Shown here: piece by piece, positions 1 to 10,008 of the stretch | How positions within the stretch are numbered: position 1 is the first letter of the stretch | Layout: each line of letters starts with the position of its first letter | Source: an uncultured Lentisphaerales bacterium | GTDB taxonomy: Bacteria > Verrucomicrobiota > Lentisphaeria > JABSQK01 > UBA12247 | DNA: 64,000 bases | Reading direction: 5' to 3' | Assembly (NCBI GenBank): GCA_943788985.1 | Contig: CALSSJ010000005.1 | Location: forward strand, 1 to 64,000 | Notes under the pieces: model-generated | Database searches by the model: none | What the model was told of the DNA's origin: nothing | What the model saw: the letters and a program-made list of their open reading frames with translations, nothing else | Position numbers and translations under genes: made by a program

Positions 1-37
1 TAAATTTTTTGCCTCCTAATTTTTTACCCATTTCTTT

Positions 38-931
38 TTATTGCCGTCCTCGTAGCCGCCCGCGATACGCCGTCGGCGGGCAGCCAAGCAACTGCCGAAA
101 CTTGCGGTTGAAGTAGGTCAGGTCGCGGAACCCGCAATCCAGGGCAATGACGATGACCTTGTCGTCGGTTGTGCGCAGGCGCAGCATGGCGGCCTGAATA
201 CGGCGTTCGATGAAATAGGCAAATACAGTTTTGCTGGTGTGCCGTCCGAAGGCGCGACACAGATAGCCCGCACTGAGCCGGACCGCGGCCGCCAGGTCGT
301 CCAAGGTCAATGGCTGTGCGTAGTGCGCATCCATGTGTGCGCAAAGCCGCCCCACCCACGCAGGCGTATCGCTGGCATGACTGGCATGGATGCCGCTGCG
401 CCGGGCGGCGCGACAGCACTCGATCAGAAAGATCTGCAGGCATGCCGAGACGGCGTCCGCCGCCCCTAGGGCGGGTGTCTCGATCTCGCGCTGCAGTCGT
501 GCGGCGATCTGCGCAAGTTGCTCCGGTTCCTGGATCTCCAGGTGAATCGCCCGGTTGAGCAGATTGCGGAAGCCGTGATGCTGCGGCAAGATCACATGCA
601 GGGTCTCGCGCAGGTCCGTCGGCATCGTGGGTAACACGCAGGCAGCGGGATCAAGGAAGATATTGTAGATATCCATGCCATCAGCGTCTGTGAGGATGTC
701 ATGGACTTCGTCATAGTAGGTGATGCCGATGGAACCGCCTGACTCCGCAAACACCGTCTCCCCCATCACGTGCTGCCCACGCCCGCGAACGATAAAAGAA
801 AGCAACAACGCATCCACCGAATGTGGCCGGAGCGTGCGATTCACGTAATTGGGAAAGTACTGCACGGCTACCCCATGCCGCTGCAATGCGGCCTTCAGAC
901 TCGTGCTGGGATGGATTCTGTGCGGACGCAT
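38..931 (-). CDS. AraC-family transcriptional regulator
   Basis: N-terminal cupin-like region; C-terminal double HTH (LTLDDLAAAVRLSAGYLCRAF...IALDCGFRDLTYFNRKFRQLLGCPPTAYR). Confidence 0.9.
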   Translation of the reverse strand: MRPHRIHPSTSLKAALQRHGVAVQYFPNYVNRTLRPHSVDALLLSFIVRGRGQHVMGETVFAESGGSIGITYYDEVHDILTDADGMDIYNIFLDPAACVLPTMPTDLRETLHVILPQHHGFRNLLNRAIHLEIQEPEQLAQIAARLQREIETPALGAADAVSACLQIFLIECCRAARRSGIHASHASDTPAWVGRLCAHMDAHYAQPLTLDDLAAAVRLSAGYLCRAFGRHTSKTVFAYFIERRIQAAMLRLRTTDDKVIVIALDCGFRDLTYFNRKFRQLLGCPPTAYRGRLRGRQ

Positions 932-1043
932 AAAGGTGAAGATTATCGGGCCGATAGGTTAATATATACAAAGAAAACATCAGAAACATCGTCTATACTT
1001 TCTTAATTGCGACCCGAAATACCAATTCCAAGCAGAGATTACC

Positions 1044-1898
1044 ATGAACTTCTCCCTGAGTGATGAGCAGATTGCCGCCTATGGCCGAGACGGGTTTATA
1101 GCCCATCGGGCTTTCCTGAGTCCAAGCGAGGTCTCCGAACTGAAAGCTGCAGTGCTGGCGGCCATTGCCGGCGTGGGCAGAAACAAGATCGCCAGTCGTG
1201 ATGATGCAGAAACGATGACTGAGGGCGACACGTACTACGACAGCGTCTTCACCCAGAAGCTCAATCTCTGGCGCATCAGCGACACGATCAAACGCTACAT
1301 GCTGCACCCCGAGCTGGGACGCATGTGCACGCGCCTGGAGCAGGCCAATGAGATCACCGCACCCGACGACAGCCCCGTGGACGGGTTTCGCGTCTGGCAT
1401 GATCAGGCCCTGATCAAGGAGCCCTACGGAAATCCCACGGCCTGGCATCTCGACACGCCCTACTGGTCGTTTTGCTCTCGTCATGCCCTCAGCATCTGGA
1501 TTGCGCTGGAAGATGCTACGCTGGAGAATGGAGCCATGTGGTTCATTCCTGGCTCCCACCGCCTGGCAAACTTCGAGAACGTGCCCATCGGACAGAACTT
1601 GAGCAGCCTCTTCAAGGTTTACCCGGAGATGACTGGAGTCGATCCCGTTCCCGTCCCCATGAAAGCTGGCGATTGCAGTTTTCACAATGGTCTTACCGCT
1701 CATGGCGCTGGCGCCAACATGACCCGAGGCCGCCGCATTGCCATGACCTGCGCCTACATGCCTATCGGCAGCACGTTCAATGGCAACAGGAACATCCTGC
1801 CCCCGGCCCTCCTCGGCCAACTCGAGGTGGGCGACGTGCTCGAGGACGACGACTGGAATCCCATCGTACACCAGGAAACGACACGGAGCACTCCATGA
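1044..1898 (+). CDS. Phytanoyl-CoA dioxygenase (PhyH) family Fe(II)/2-oxoglutarate dioxygenase
   Basis: LSDEQIAAYGRDGF start, WHLD (HxD), WIALEDATLENGAMWFIPGSH, distal His in FHNGLTAHGAG; divergent from the AraC gene. Confidence 0.88.
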   Translation: MNFSLSDEQIAAYGRDGFIAHRAFLSPSEVSELKAAVLAAIAGVGRNKIASRDDAETMTEGDTYYDSVFTQKLNLWRISDTIKRYMLHPELGRMCTRLEQANEITAPDDSPVDGFRVWHDQALIKEPYGNPTAWHLDTPYWSFCSRHALSIWIALEDATLENGAMWFIPGSHRLANFENVPIGQNLSSLFKVYPEMTGVDPVPVPMKAGDCSFHNGLTAHGAGANMTRGRRIAMTCAYMPIGSTFNGNRNILPPALLGQLEVGDVLEDDDWNPIVHQETTRSTP

Positions 1899-2185
1899 CC
1901 TCTCCTAATTAGCGCCTTCTGACGGACCGGTAGCAGTAGCGTCGCCCGCGCCGCCAGCAATGGCACCGGGCGTAAACGCCGCTGGGGAGGAGGGCAAGTC
2001 ACAGCGCCTCGGGCGACTGCTGGTGCTGATTATGAACCATCATCGCGATCTCTGCCCACGCGAGAGGCAACCAAGCGTTACTCGATGTTGGCGCAGACGC
2101 CTGCTGCTTCAAAAGCGAATTCTCCGACATTGCAGAAGTCATTCTGAAGTCACTGTAGAGAGCTTCACGCGACGATCCCGTCTTT

Positions 2186-2250
2186 TACAGGAAGGAAGGA
2201 AGAAAGGGAAGGGATCGTAGGTTGCCTTCCTCCCCTTCCCACCTTCCTGT
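2186..2250. repeat. Purine/pyrimidine inverted repeat (TACAGGAAGG...CCTTCCTGTA)
   Basis: Complementary arms read directly. Confidence 0.55.
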
Positions 2251-2396
2251 AGCAATCTGCCTCCCGGTCCGCCGAAAACGCGGGGGCCGTATTCTATCGA
2301 AGATCACTTGCGAAGTTCGCAGCCGTCACCTAACGTCGGCCCATCAAATCCCAAGTTCAAATGACTGTAGGGCAATAGGTCAAGGCGCAGGTACCC

Positions 2397-3140
2397 ATGA
2401 GCATAAAACGAAAAGAACGAATCCAGACCTTGCTCAAAGGCATCGAAACGGGCGATGCGGATTCGGTTGCCGTCGTCAATCCTGGCAAGTACATCCAGCA
2501 CAACCCGCAGACCCAGGAAGGTGGCGAGGGGCTGGCGGCCTTGTTCAAGCGGTTGGCGAAGAGTTCGCCTCGCGTCAATATCGTGCGCATCTTCTCGGAT
2601 GGCGACTATGTCTTTGCCCACACCGAGTACGATTTTAGCACGTCACGCATTGGCTTCGAAATCTTCCGTTTCGAGGGCGACCTCACCGTTGAGCATTGGG
2701 ATAACATCCAGCCCCGGAAAGGGCCCAATCCAGCCGGGCACTCCATGGTCGATGGCCCCACCAAAGCAACCGATCTTGACAGGACTGAGGACAATCGAGA
2801 ACTCGTGGAATCCTTCGTGGACAAGGTGCTGATCAATGCCCAACTCGACAGAATCGAGGACTATATCGACGCCAATCGCTTCACCGATCACAACCCACGC
2901 AGCAGTGGAGGGCTCTCGATGCTACGGGCGGCTTTCACCCAGCCAGCATTCGGTGACGGAGTCTTCATCGCCTACGATAGGATGCATCGGATCCTCGCAG
3001 ACGGGGATTTTGTGCTTACGGTCAGTGAAGGGGCTGCAGATGGCGTCCACACATCATTCTTCGATCTATTCCGAGTCGCGCAAGGCAAGCTCGTGGAGCA
3101 CTGGGATACCACCGAGCCCGTCCCGCCGCGGCCAGGCTGA
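2397..3140 (+). CDS. Tandem SnoaL/NTF2-like domain protein, C-terminus apparently clipped at a junction
   Basis: Two domains, YIQHNP...FRFEGDLTVEHWD and FTDHNP...FRVAQGKLVEHWD; ends abruptly at PVPPRPG*. Confidence 0.8.
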   Translation: MSIKRKERIQTLLKGIETGDADSVAVVNPGKYIQHNPQTQEGGEGLAALFKRLAKSSPRVNIVRIFSDGDYVFAHTEYDFSTSRIGFEIFRFEGDLTVEHWDNIQPRKGPNPAGHSMVDGPTKATDLDRTEDNRELVESFVDKVLINAQLDRIEDYIDANRFTDHNPRSSGGLSMLRAAFTQPAFGDGVFIAYDRMHRILADGDFVLTVSEGAADGVHTSFFDLFRVAQGKLVEHWDTTEPVPPRPG

Positions 3141-3297
3141 CCTCTCGGTGGTTGTGACCCCGGCCGTCCAGCGCGGGCAGGTCTTCGTGCCGATGCATTA
3201 CGAAGAGGCAAACGAGTTGACGCAGTCGGTGTTCGACCCGTACTCGCATCAGCCCCCCTACAAAGGAAGCGCCGTCGCCCTGGAGCCAGTCCATTGA
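3121..3297 (+). pseudogene. C-terminal fragment of a molybdopterin-dinucleotide-binding domain (assimilatory nitrate reductase-like)
   Basis: SRRG...GQVFVPMHY...ANELTQSVFDPYSHQPPYKGSAV; the rest of the gene is absent. Confidence 0.75.
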
Positions 3298-3308
3298 CGC
3301 GAGCCAAC

Positions 3309-3621
3309 ACTGGGAGCGCTGGCGGCCCGCCGGCCTGTTTCCCAAGGCCTTCTGGCACCCCTCCGGGGCGCGGGGGGGGAGGACGCCAAATACCGGTGGT
3401 TCCTCCCGCATTCGCGGGATCCACCACCGGCTACGGTCTGAATTCCCTCCGGGAAAGAGAGCGCGGCATTCCTCCCATCCCGGAGGAATGATCGAGCTTA
3501 GCCGGTCGTAAAACCACCGGAAAGGATGCCTTCAATACCGGAGGGATGATCGAACGTAGCCGGTGGTAAAACCACCGGAAGGGATACCCCAACGATTACG
3601 CCCCGGAGGGGCGAAAGAAGC
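3309..3621. repeat. Cluster of REP-like palindromic units in inverted arrangement
   Basis: Two tandem CCGGAGG-ATGATCGA-C-TAGCCGGT-GTAAAACCACCGGAA units, an inverted relative at ~3350-3453, and a dispersed copy at ~37494-37574. Confidence 0.7.
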
Positions 3622-3914
3622 AGTCGCCCTAGACGGAACCATTTCGCTGGACATCACGACACGGTCCCGTATCGCTCGTAATCGCCCCCAGCAATCTCTC
3701 CAGATCCCCCGGCCATGCTCGCTCCGTTTCGCTCGTCTCCCTCCTCCACCGCACTGGCGACACAGATGCCAACTTTACCCACATGCAGATAAGTATATAG
3801 TTTCACATTGCAATCGCGGCCAAACGAAGTTAATTTATCGCGTGCGTGTCGTATTTCGGAATTGCAATGTGCGCGCACGATCCAGACCCATAACATTCCG
3901 CGTTGAGACCAACC

Positions 3915-6900
3915 ATGAAACCACACACTCCTTCGATCAAGTTCTGGCGCTTCAATCCTAGCCAGTCTGTCAAGCCTACGGCGCTGTCGTCACGCAGCGC
4001 CATCCAACCAGCCGTAACAGCTTTGCTGCTGATCGTCGTCAGCGTTACCGGACCGACTTGGGCGGCGACCGAGACGTGGGATGGCGGTCATTCGTCTTCC
4101 AATTTCTGGTTTGCCAACATCAACTGGCTCGATAACACCGCCCCTGTTGACTTCGATGACCTGGTCTTCGCTGGCACCACGCGGCTGAGCCACTCCTCCT
4201 ACGGTAATCTTGGTGGTGCTGATGGGGATTTTGACATGAACAGCATCACTTTTGACGCGGCGGCCGGAGCCTTTGTCATCAGCAACGGTGGCGGGGGAAC
4301 ACACAAGCTTCATGGGACGATCGCCAACAACTCTACGAACCTTCAAACCCTCAATTTCCCGTTTCAACTCACGGGAAACCGGACGATCGATCTTGCCAAC
4401 GGCGACATTACCATCGGTGGCGTGATCAGCCAGGATGGAAGCAACCGAGGGTTTACCCAGATTGGCACTGGAACGCTGACGCTCAATGGCGCCAACACCT
4501 ACGCGGGCACCACCGGAATCGGCATTACAAACGGGGCTACAGCAGGCACCGTGATAGTGACGAACAACAGCGCCTTGGGAACCGGCACCGTATCGTTTGG
4601 GGCTGGCGGCACATTGGTCCTGGGCATTGATGGACTGACGATCGGAAACTTTGTATTCGTGCCAAATCGTGCCGACACCGTTCCACGGACCATTCAGTTG
4701 GATCTCGCAGGCACCAACACGGGGACGATGACCAACACCATCGACATGCGAGAAGGTGGCAACCTGTTCGTCATCGACGTGGGTGACAGCGACACGCTCA
4801 CTGTCAGTGGAAGCGTCAACACTGGTGCAGGCGGTGGCGCGGGGATTACCAAAACTGGCACGGGCACGCTGATTCTGACCAACTCATCGCATACCGTCAG
4901 CGGTGCCTTCAAAATCCAAGAGGGCACCCTCCAAGTAGGCAACGGCGGCACGACCGGCGCACTGAATACCGGCGCCAACAGTGACATTGTAATTTCGGCC
5001 GGCGCCACCTTAGCGATCAATCAAAGCGACACCGTGACCCAAGGCACGGAGTTTAACAGCGACCCCATCACTGGAGACGGCAGCTTCGAGCAAAATGGCA
5101 CAGGGACGACAATTCTCAACGTGGCCAACACCTACGCTGGCACCACCACTGTCAATGCCGGTGTACTCCAAATGGGCAACAACTCTGCGCTCGGCTCCGG
5201 GGGCCTGGTTACGACCGTCAACAGCGGCGCGGCGCTGAACCTGAACGGCGCGGACAACATCAACGAGGATATCAGCATCGTCGGCGTGGGCCCCGGGGTG
5301 GACGGCGCCCTCTACAACAACGCCACTAACACCGCCAGCATCAGCGGGAGTCGTACGCTGACGCTGACCGGAGATGCCACGATCGGCGGCGCCCGGCGAA
5401 TCGATATTTCTGCCACGATCACTGACAATGGCAGCGACTACACCCTCACAAAGATCGGCAGCACGACCGGCGGGATCAATCTCTGGACCACAAACTTGGA
5501 CGTCGCCAACTTGGACATCCAGGCAGCCACAGTCATCATCAAGGACCTGCCACGGGATACCCTGACGGTGCGAAGTGGCGCCACCGCAATAGCCTGGCAG
5601 CTCACCGACTGGGGTACGGGTGATATCGTGCTTGAGAGTGGCGCCACCATTCAAACGAACCGGAATGTATTTACAACCGCAGCAAACATTTCCATTTCTG
5701 GCACAGCCACTCTGAGAGGAAGTAACAACAACAGCGGAGTTACGCCGGACCAAGCCACCTACAGCGGCGACATCACTGGCACAGGCGGGCTGACCATCTT
5801 GGATTACACCGAAAACCAGAATTTCAAGTTTATCCTCTCCGGCTCGAACAGCTATAGCGGTGGTACGACCGTGGGCAACAGCTCTCGGGCTGTTGCGCTC
5901 CTGGCTGGCTCAACCACCGGGTTGTCGAGCAACTCCGCGTTCAACGTGACCACCAACGCCACTCTCAAACTCAATGGCAACAACAACACCATTGCCTCCC
6001 TGACTGGAGCCGGAGCGGTCGAAAACGACAACGCCAGCGCTGCAACCCTGACCGCCGGTGACGCAAGCGACACCATCTTCTCGGGAGCCCTGCAGGACGG
6101 AGCAGGCGGTGGCGCGCTGTCACTCATCAAAACTGGTGCGGGCACGCTGATCCTCGAAGATGCACAAACGTACACCGGCACCACCACTGTCAACGCCGGT
6201 ACGCTACAGCTGCTAGGCACTTCTGGATCGATCAATCTCACATCCACCTATCAGATCAACAACGGCTCCACGCTGTACTTGAATGACACAACGGCAAACC
6301 ATTTTCTCGTCGGTAGCAGCGATGACTTCACCTTTGGCAGCAATGGCGGCGGCACCTTTTCCCTGAACGGCAACATCCTCTGGCGCACTGCCACCATCGC
6401 GACCACTGGCGGGGCGAGGAACTTCGTGAGCGGCGGTGCGTTCAACCACCAGAATACCTACTCGATCATTTTCGACTCTGGCGTGGGCACAGATGTGGAC
6501 GGCATTGACCTTGAGGTCTCGACCCGTGTTGAACGCGGATCCATCGTCAAGAATGGTGCGGGTACCGTGTTGCTGACCAACGCCAGCAACAGACCGCGGG
6601 TATCCAACAGCATCACCATCAACGACGGCACCCTGGAAGTGGGCTCTGCTGGCCAGATCGACACCTTTGGTGGCGCAAATGGCGACTGGTCCGGCCCGCT
6701 CACCCTCAACAACGACGGTGTCTTCAAGCACAGCAGCAGCAATGTTCAAACCCTCAGCGGGGCGGTTTCCGGAACCGGATCGGTGGAGAAAATCAATGGC
6801 ACAGCAGTGCTCGTGCTCGCTGGTACCAGCACCTACAGCGGAACGACCACGCTGGGCGACGGGGCGGGCACATCTGACTCCCTCCTGTCGGCTGGGTCGA

Positions 6901-7337
6901 GCACTGGTTTTTCGCCCAACTCGGCCTTCACCATCAACAGCGACGGGGCACTTTTTCTTGAGGGGTTCGATAACACCATTGCCTCGCTAGCTGGGCCTGC
7001 GTCCGCCATCCTCAGAAACTCGAATGGCGCGGCAGCAACCGCCACCCTGACGACCGGTGGAGACGGTACCTCCACCGAGTTTGCCGGTTTTATCCAGGAC
7101 GGTGGCGGCGGCGCCAGCGTCCTGTCGCTCGTCAAGGAAGGCGGTGGCACCATGACCCTCTCCGGTGCCAGTAGCTACACTGGCACCACGACCGTTAGCG
7201 CTGGCGAGCTCACTGTCACGGGCGCAACCGGCAGCGGCGCGCACACCGTCGCCAGCGGCGCTACCCTGTCCGGCACCGGCACCATCGGCGGCACGGTCAT
7301 CATCGGTAGCGGCGGAACCCTTTCGCCCGGCCTGTGA
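3915..7337 (+). CDS. Autotransporter-associated beta-strand repeat protein (PVC type), probably 3'-truncated
   Basis: Signal-like N-terminus; many K.G.GTL.L.G.NTY.GTT.V.AG.L repeats; ends at GGTLSPGL* with no beta-barrel or sorting domain. Confidence 0.85.
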   Translation: MKPHTPSIKFWRFNPSQSVKPTALSSRSAIQPAVTALLLIVVSVTGPTWAATETWDGGHSSSNFWFANINWLDNTAPVDFDDLVFAGTTRLSHSSYGNLGGADGDFDMNSITFDAAAGAFVISNGGGGTHKLHGTIANNSTNLQTLNFPFQLTGNRTIDLANGDITIGGVISQDGSNRGFTQIGTGTLTLNGANTYAGTTGIGITNGATAGTVIVTNNSALGTGTVSFGAGGTLVLGIDGLTIGNFVFVPNRADTVPRTIQLDLAGTNTGTMTNTIDMREGGNLFVIDVGDSDTLTVSGSVNTGAGGGAGITKTGTGTLILTNSSHTVSGAFKIQEGTLQVGNGGTTGALNTGANSDIVISAGATLAINQSDTVTQGTEFNSDPITGDGSFEQNGTGTTILNVANTYAGTTTVNAGVLQMGNNSALGSGGLVTTVNSGAALNLNGADNINEDISIVGVGPGVDGALYNNATNTASISGSRTLTLTGDATIGGARRIDISATITDNGSDYTLTKIGSTTGGINLWTTNLDVANLDIQAATVIIKDLPRDTLTVRSGATAIAWQLTDWGTGDIVLESGATIQTNRNVFTTAANISISGTATLRGSNNNSGVTPDQATYSGDITGTGGLTILDYTENQNFKFILSGSNSYSGGTTVGNSSRAVALLAGSTTGLSSNSAFNVTTNATLKLNGNNNTIASLTGAGAVENDNASAATLTAGDASDTIFSGALQDGAGGGALSLIKTGAGTLILEDAQTYTGTTTVNAGTLQLLGTSGSINLTSTYQINNGSTLYLNDTTANHFLVGSSDDFTFGSNGGGTFSLNGNILWRTATIATTGGARNFVSGGAFNHQNTYSIIFDSGVGTDVDGIDLEVSTRVERGSIVKNGAGTVLLTNASNRPRVSNSITINDGTLEVGSAGQIDTFGGANGDWSGPLTLNNDGVFKHSSSNVQTLSGAVSGTGSVEKINGTAVLVLAGTSTYSGTTTLGDGAGTSDSLLSAGSSTGFSPNSAFTINSDGALFLEGFDNTIASLAGPASAILRNSNGAAATATLTTGGDGTSTEFAGFIQDGGGGASVLSLVKEGGGTMTLSGASSYTGTTTVSAGELTVTGATGSGAHTVASGATLSGTGTIGGTVIIGSGGTLSPGL

Positions 7338-7403
7338 TGCGTGATGCGTGATCGGTCATCAATCCGGCCGAGTGGCTGAGAACTCCAAGATGCCTGCCTC
7401 CCA

Positions 7404-7428
7404 GTAGGTTGCCCTGTACAGGGCAACC
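7404..7428 (+). repeat. GTAG-type REP palindrome
   Basis: GTAG overlapping a perfect 22-nt palindrome GGTTGCCCTGTACAGGGCAACC. Confidence 0.6.
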
Positions 7429-7646
7429 CTTCTTCGAGTACCGTAAATCGCCTGCACACATCTTCATGTGAGCCATGTGCCGGCTGCTGGCTGTCGTAAC
7501 GGCCTAATGGCCCAACAGCCCCATTCGGCGCCCTGCATATTTTTGTCTTCCCATTTTTCTGTCAAATTCCTTTCCTGGCGAGCTATGCCAGGCGATAGTC
7601 CCTGCCCCCAAGTCATTGAAGCTACAAGTCAGGACATTAGAACTTC

Positions 7647-7772
7647 GGGGTCACACCTACTATTTGACATTAGCATCATTTCGCTTCATTAATCGTTGCC
7701 TCAACTCGGGCAACCCGTCTGGCCAGCGCCCGGTCTGATTTGAGGCGTTGCTGAAATTTGTAACGACCAGAG
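7647..7772 (-). pseudogene. Possible 3' remnant of a REP-associated (Y1) transposase gene
   Basis: RYKFQQRLKSDRALARRVARVEATINEAK* followed by ATGTCAAATAGTAGGTGTGACCCC, resembling the TGACCCC ends of such elements; cut by the MITE. Confidence 0.35.
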
Positions 7773-7776
7773 CTAA

Positions 7777-7995
7777 GGGCCCACGCGGAAATAACTTTAC
7801 ATTTTGCTGCTGGCTGTTTTGGTTCCTGGCAAGGCGCGAGCGAGTGGGTATACCCGTAGGTATATCCCGAGCGAAGCAACGCCGCCAGGGGGCAAAACAG
7901 ACGCAGCCCTACGGGCGGGCCGGCGGACGGCCATCTGCGGCGTTGCGTGTCGCATACGTACCTACGATACACCGAAATCGGAGAGCAATGTAACT
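7777..7995. mobile_element. MITE-like structured element (long copy)
   Basis: Begins CTAA|GGGCCCACGCGGAAATAAC; nested inverted repeats; shares its left end and ACGGCCATCTGCGGCGTT with the copy at 37688. Confidence 0.65.
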
Positions 7996-8179
7996 GGTTG
8001 AAGGTGAGCGCAGTAGGCTCTCGTAGCAGAATCGCGTGAATTATGCAGGCTAGGAGTTGCGAACTCCGCATCGCTGGACGTCAGCCGAGTTGGCAGCGAT
8101 GTCGTGGTCTCTGTCCCCGCAAAGTCCCTGGATCCGTCGATGAGCGTATTGAAGGTCGAACTAGCTGGCGCGCCCGTCG

Positions 8180-8429
8180 TAGACAATGCGATTCGCCCGT
8201 TGAAGTCGCGGGACAATGGTTTGAGCATGTCGTGAAAGCGGGGAGCAAGAAGAAGGGGCGCCTCTCTCCCTTTGCTGCAGCGTTTAAGGTCGTGACACTT
8301 GGGAAGGCGAGGTTCGAGCAACCGGGGCGCTACACACTCTCGGTGAAAGCCTTGGAGATCGATGCACAAGCCATAGAATATGACCAGGGGCTGATGCTGC
8401 TGCGTGAAGTGATTCTGAGGCCGGTCTAA
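8180..8429 (+). pseudogene. C-terminal beta-sandwich fragment of a probable glycoside hydrolase or sulfatase
   Basis: FKVVTLGKARFEQPGRYTLSVKALEI...LMLLREVILRPV* resembles accessory C-terminal domains of PVC hydrolases; no credible N-terminus. Confidence 0.4.
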
Positions 8430-8582
8430 CTACAGTAACCACCCACGATCTGGCTTTGACACTGGCAAGTTGTTGCCCGCAGTCATGCGGTACAATCACC
8501 ACTGCATTGGGATAGGATCACTTACGTCCAGGGCCAGTGGTCCCGAAAACGGCCACCTCTCATCTCCCCAGTTTTGAACGCT

Positions 8583-9311
8583 ATGAACCCTCGTAATCAA
8601 CTGATTGAACGCCAAGAAGTCGTGCATGCTATTGACGCGCTTATTCCGTTCGGCATGTGGGAGTGTACTGCAGATGGCACCTTCACCCACCTCAGCCCGA
8701 TCTGGCTCGAGAGGATCGGCAAGACGCTTGAGGAATGTCAGGAAACCGGTTGGATGGCTGGGGCCATCGACGGCGAAGAAGCCAAGATGCTGGTCACGTG
8801 GCAGCAGTGCATCTCATCTGGGAAGCAGTGGGAGCATGAGTATTGCATCTGTGACAAGCATGGCAAGGATCTGTGGATTCTGAGTCGAGGCTTTCCTTTG
8901 CGCGAGGACAGCGGCGAGATTCACGGTTGGGTAGGCCTCAATATCGATGCGACTGAGAGCAAGGAAGCCGAAAAGGCCCTGCGACAGAGTGAGGAACGCT
9001 TGGACTTTGCTTTGGAAACCAGCCGAACTGGTGGCTGGACTCTCAATCTACAAGACCACTCTTCCTATCGATCGCTGCAGCACGACCGTATCTTCGGCTA
9101 CGACGAGATGATTCTGGATTGGACCTACGAGATGTTTCTCGAACACGTGATGCCTGAAGACCGCACCAGGGTGGACGCTCTATTCCGCACGGCAACTGAA
9201 ACTCAAACCGACTGGAGTTGGGAGTGTCGCGTGCGACGCAAGGATGGCGAGGTGCGCTGGATCTGGGCAGCTGAGCAGATCGTCCCAACTCACCCCGCCA
9301 TACGGCGTTGA
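8583..9311 (+). pseudogene. PAS/PAC sensor protein, truncated (no output domain)
   Basis: Two PAS-PAC units ([41 protein letters not shown]); sense is lost at ~9272. Confidence 0.8.
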
Positions 9312-9605
9312 CCAGCTATTGGTCCCATTGGTCGGGTACACATCATCACCATCACCTGAGTACATCAGGATGGCAAAGCCAATCTGCTTCTGATTGTTCA
9401 TGCAGTGGGTGGTTCGGCCGCTGTCTTTTGCCCGACTCATGGCGGGCAACAGTAGCGATGCCAGAATCGAGATGATGACGATGACCACAAGCAACTCGAT
9501 CAAGGTGAATGCTGCTCTCTTCCGCGATACCCCACAGATCATGTCCAACGTGCTCTTGCGATCCGTGAGAGCCTCAAGTTCCTGCATATCCGTCATGTAA
9601 TTCAT
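9270..9605 (-). pseudogene. Prepilin-type N-terminal cleavage/methylation protein (PVC family), truncated
   Basis: [29 protein letters not shown]...[15 protein letters not shown]...SWDDLLS, then a junction. Confidence 0.8.
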
Positions 9606-10008
9606 CCAACTTCAACCCATTGCAAACCAAAATATTCGCCAGCGCCGAAAATATTCCTGCCCTGCCGTGCTTCTGAAGCCCCAACAGTCTGCTTGCAACC
9701 GGCAAAGCGATCCTCACAAACTGCGCAGCGGAGACTCGACATGGTGGAGCGAAAAGTTGGCGTGACACGTTGAGGTGGCGCAGTTGGTCGTACGCAACTC
9801 TGCTGATGAGGTCGAAGACCATATACAACGTGTGGCTATGCTAAAAAGAAGCAACTTTGAAACGCGCAAAATACGCGAAAGCTGTTCACCGCTCGATGTG
9901 AAAGAGAGTCAGTAGGATTGGCTCACCGAGTCATTGTTGCCAAGACCGGCGCAACGGTAGTAGCGAGAGATGGGAGCTTGAACTGATTCACGGCCCACAG
10001 CCCGAGAG

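Noticed and set aside
993..1871. 292-aa minus-strand ORF and the many other long shadow ORFs (e.g. 45360-46445, 62265-63302)
   Set aside because: They are antisense to well-supported genes in GC-rich DNA and show no motifs.
2300..8480. Integron cassette array explaining the patchwork of genes
   Set aside because: No convincing attC (RYYYAAC...GTTRRRY hairpin) sites or integrase found.
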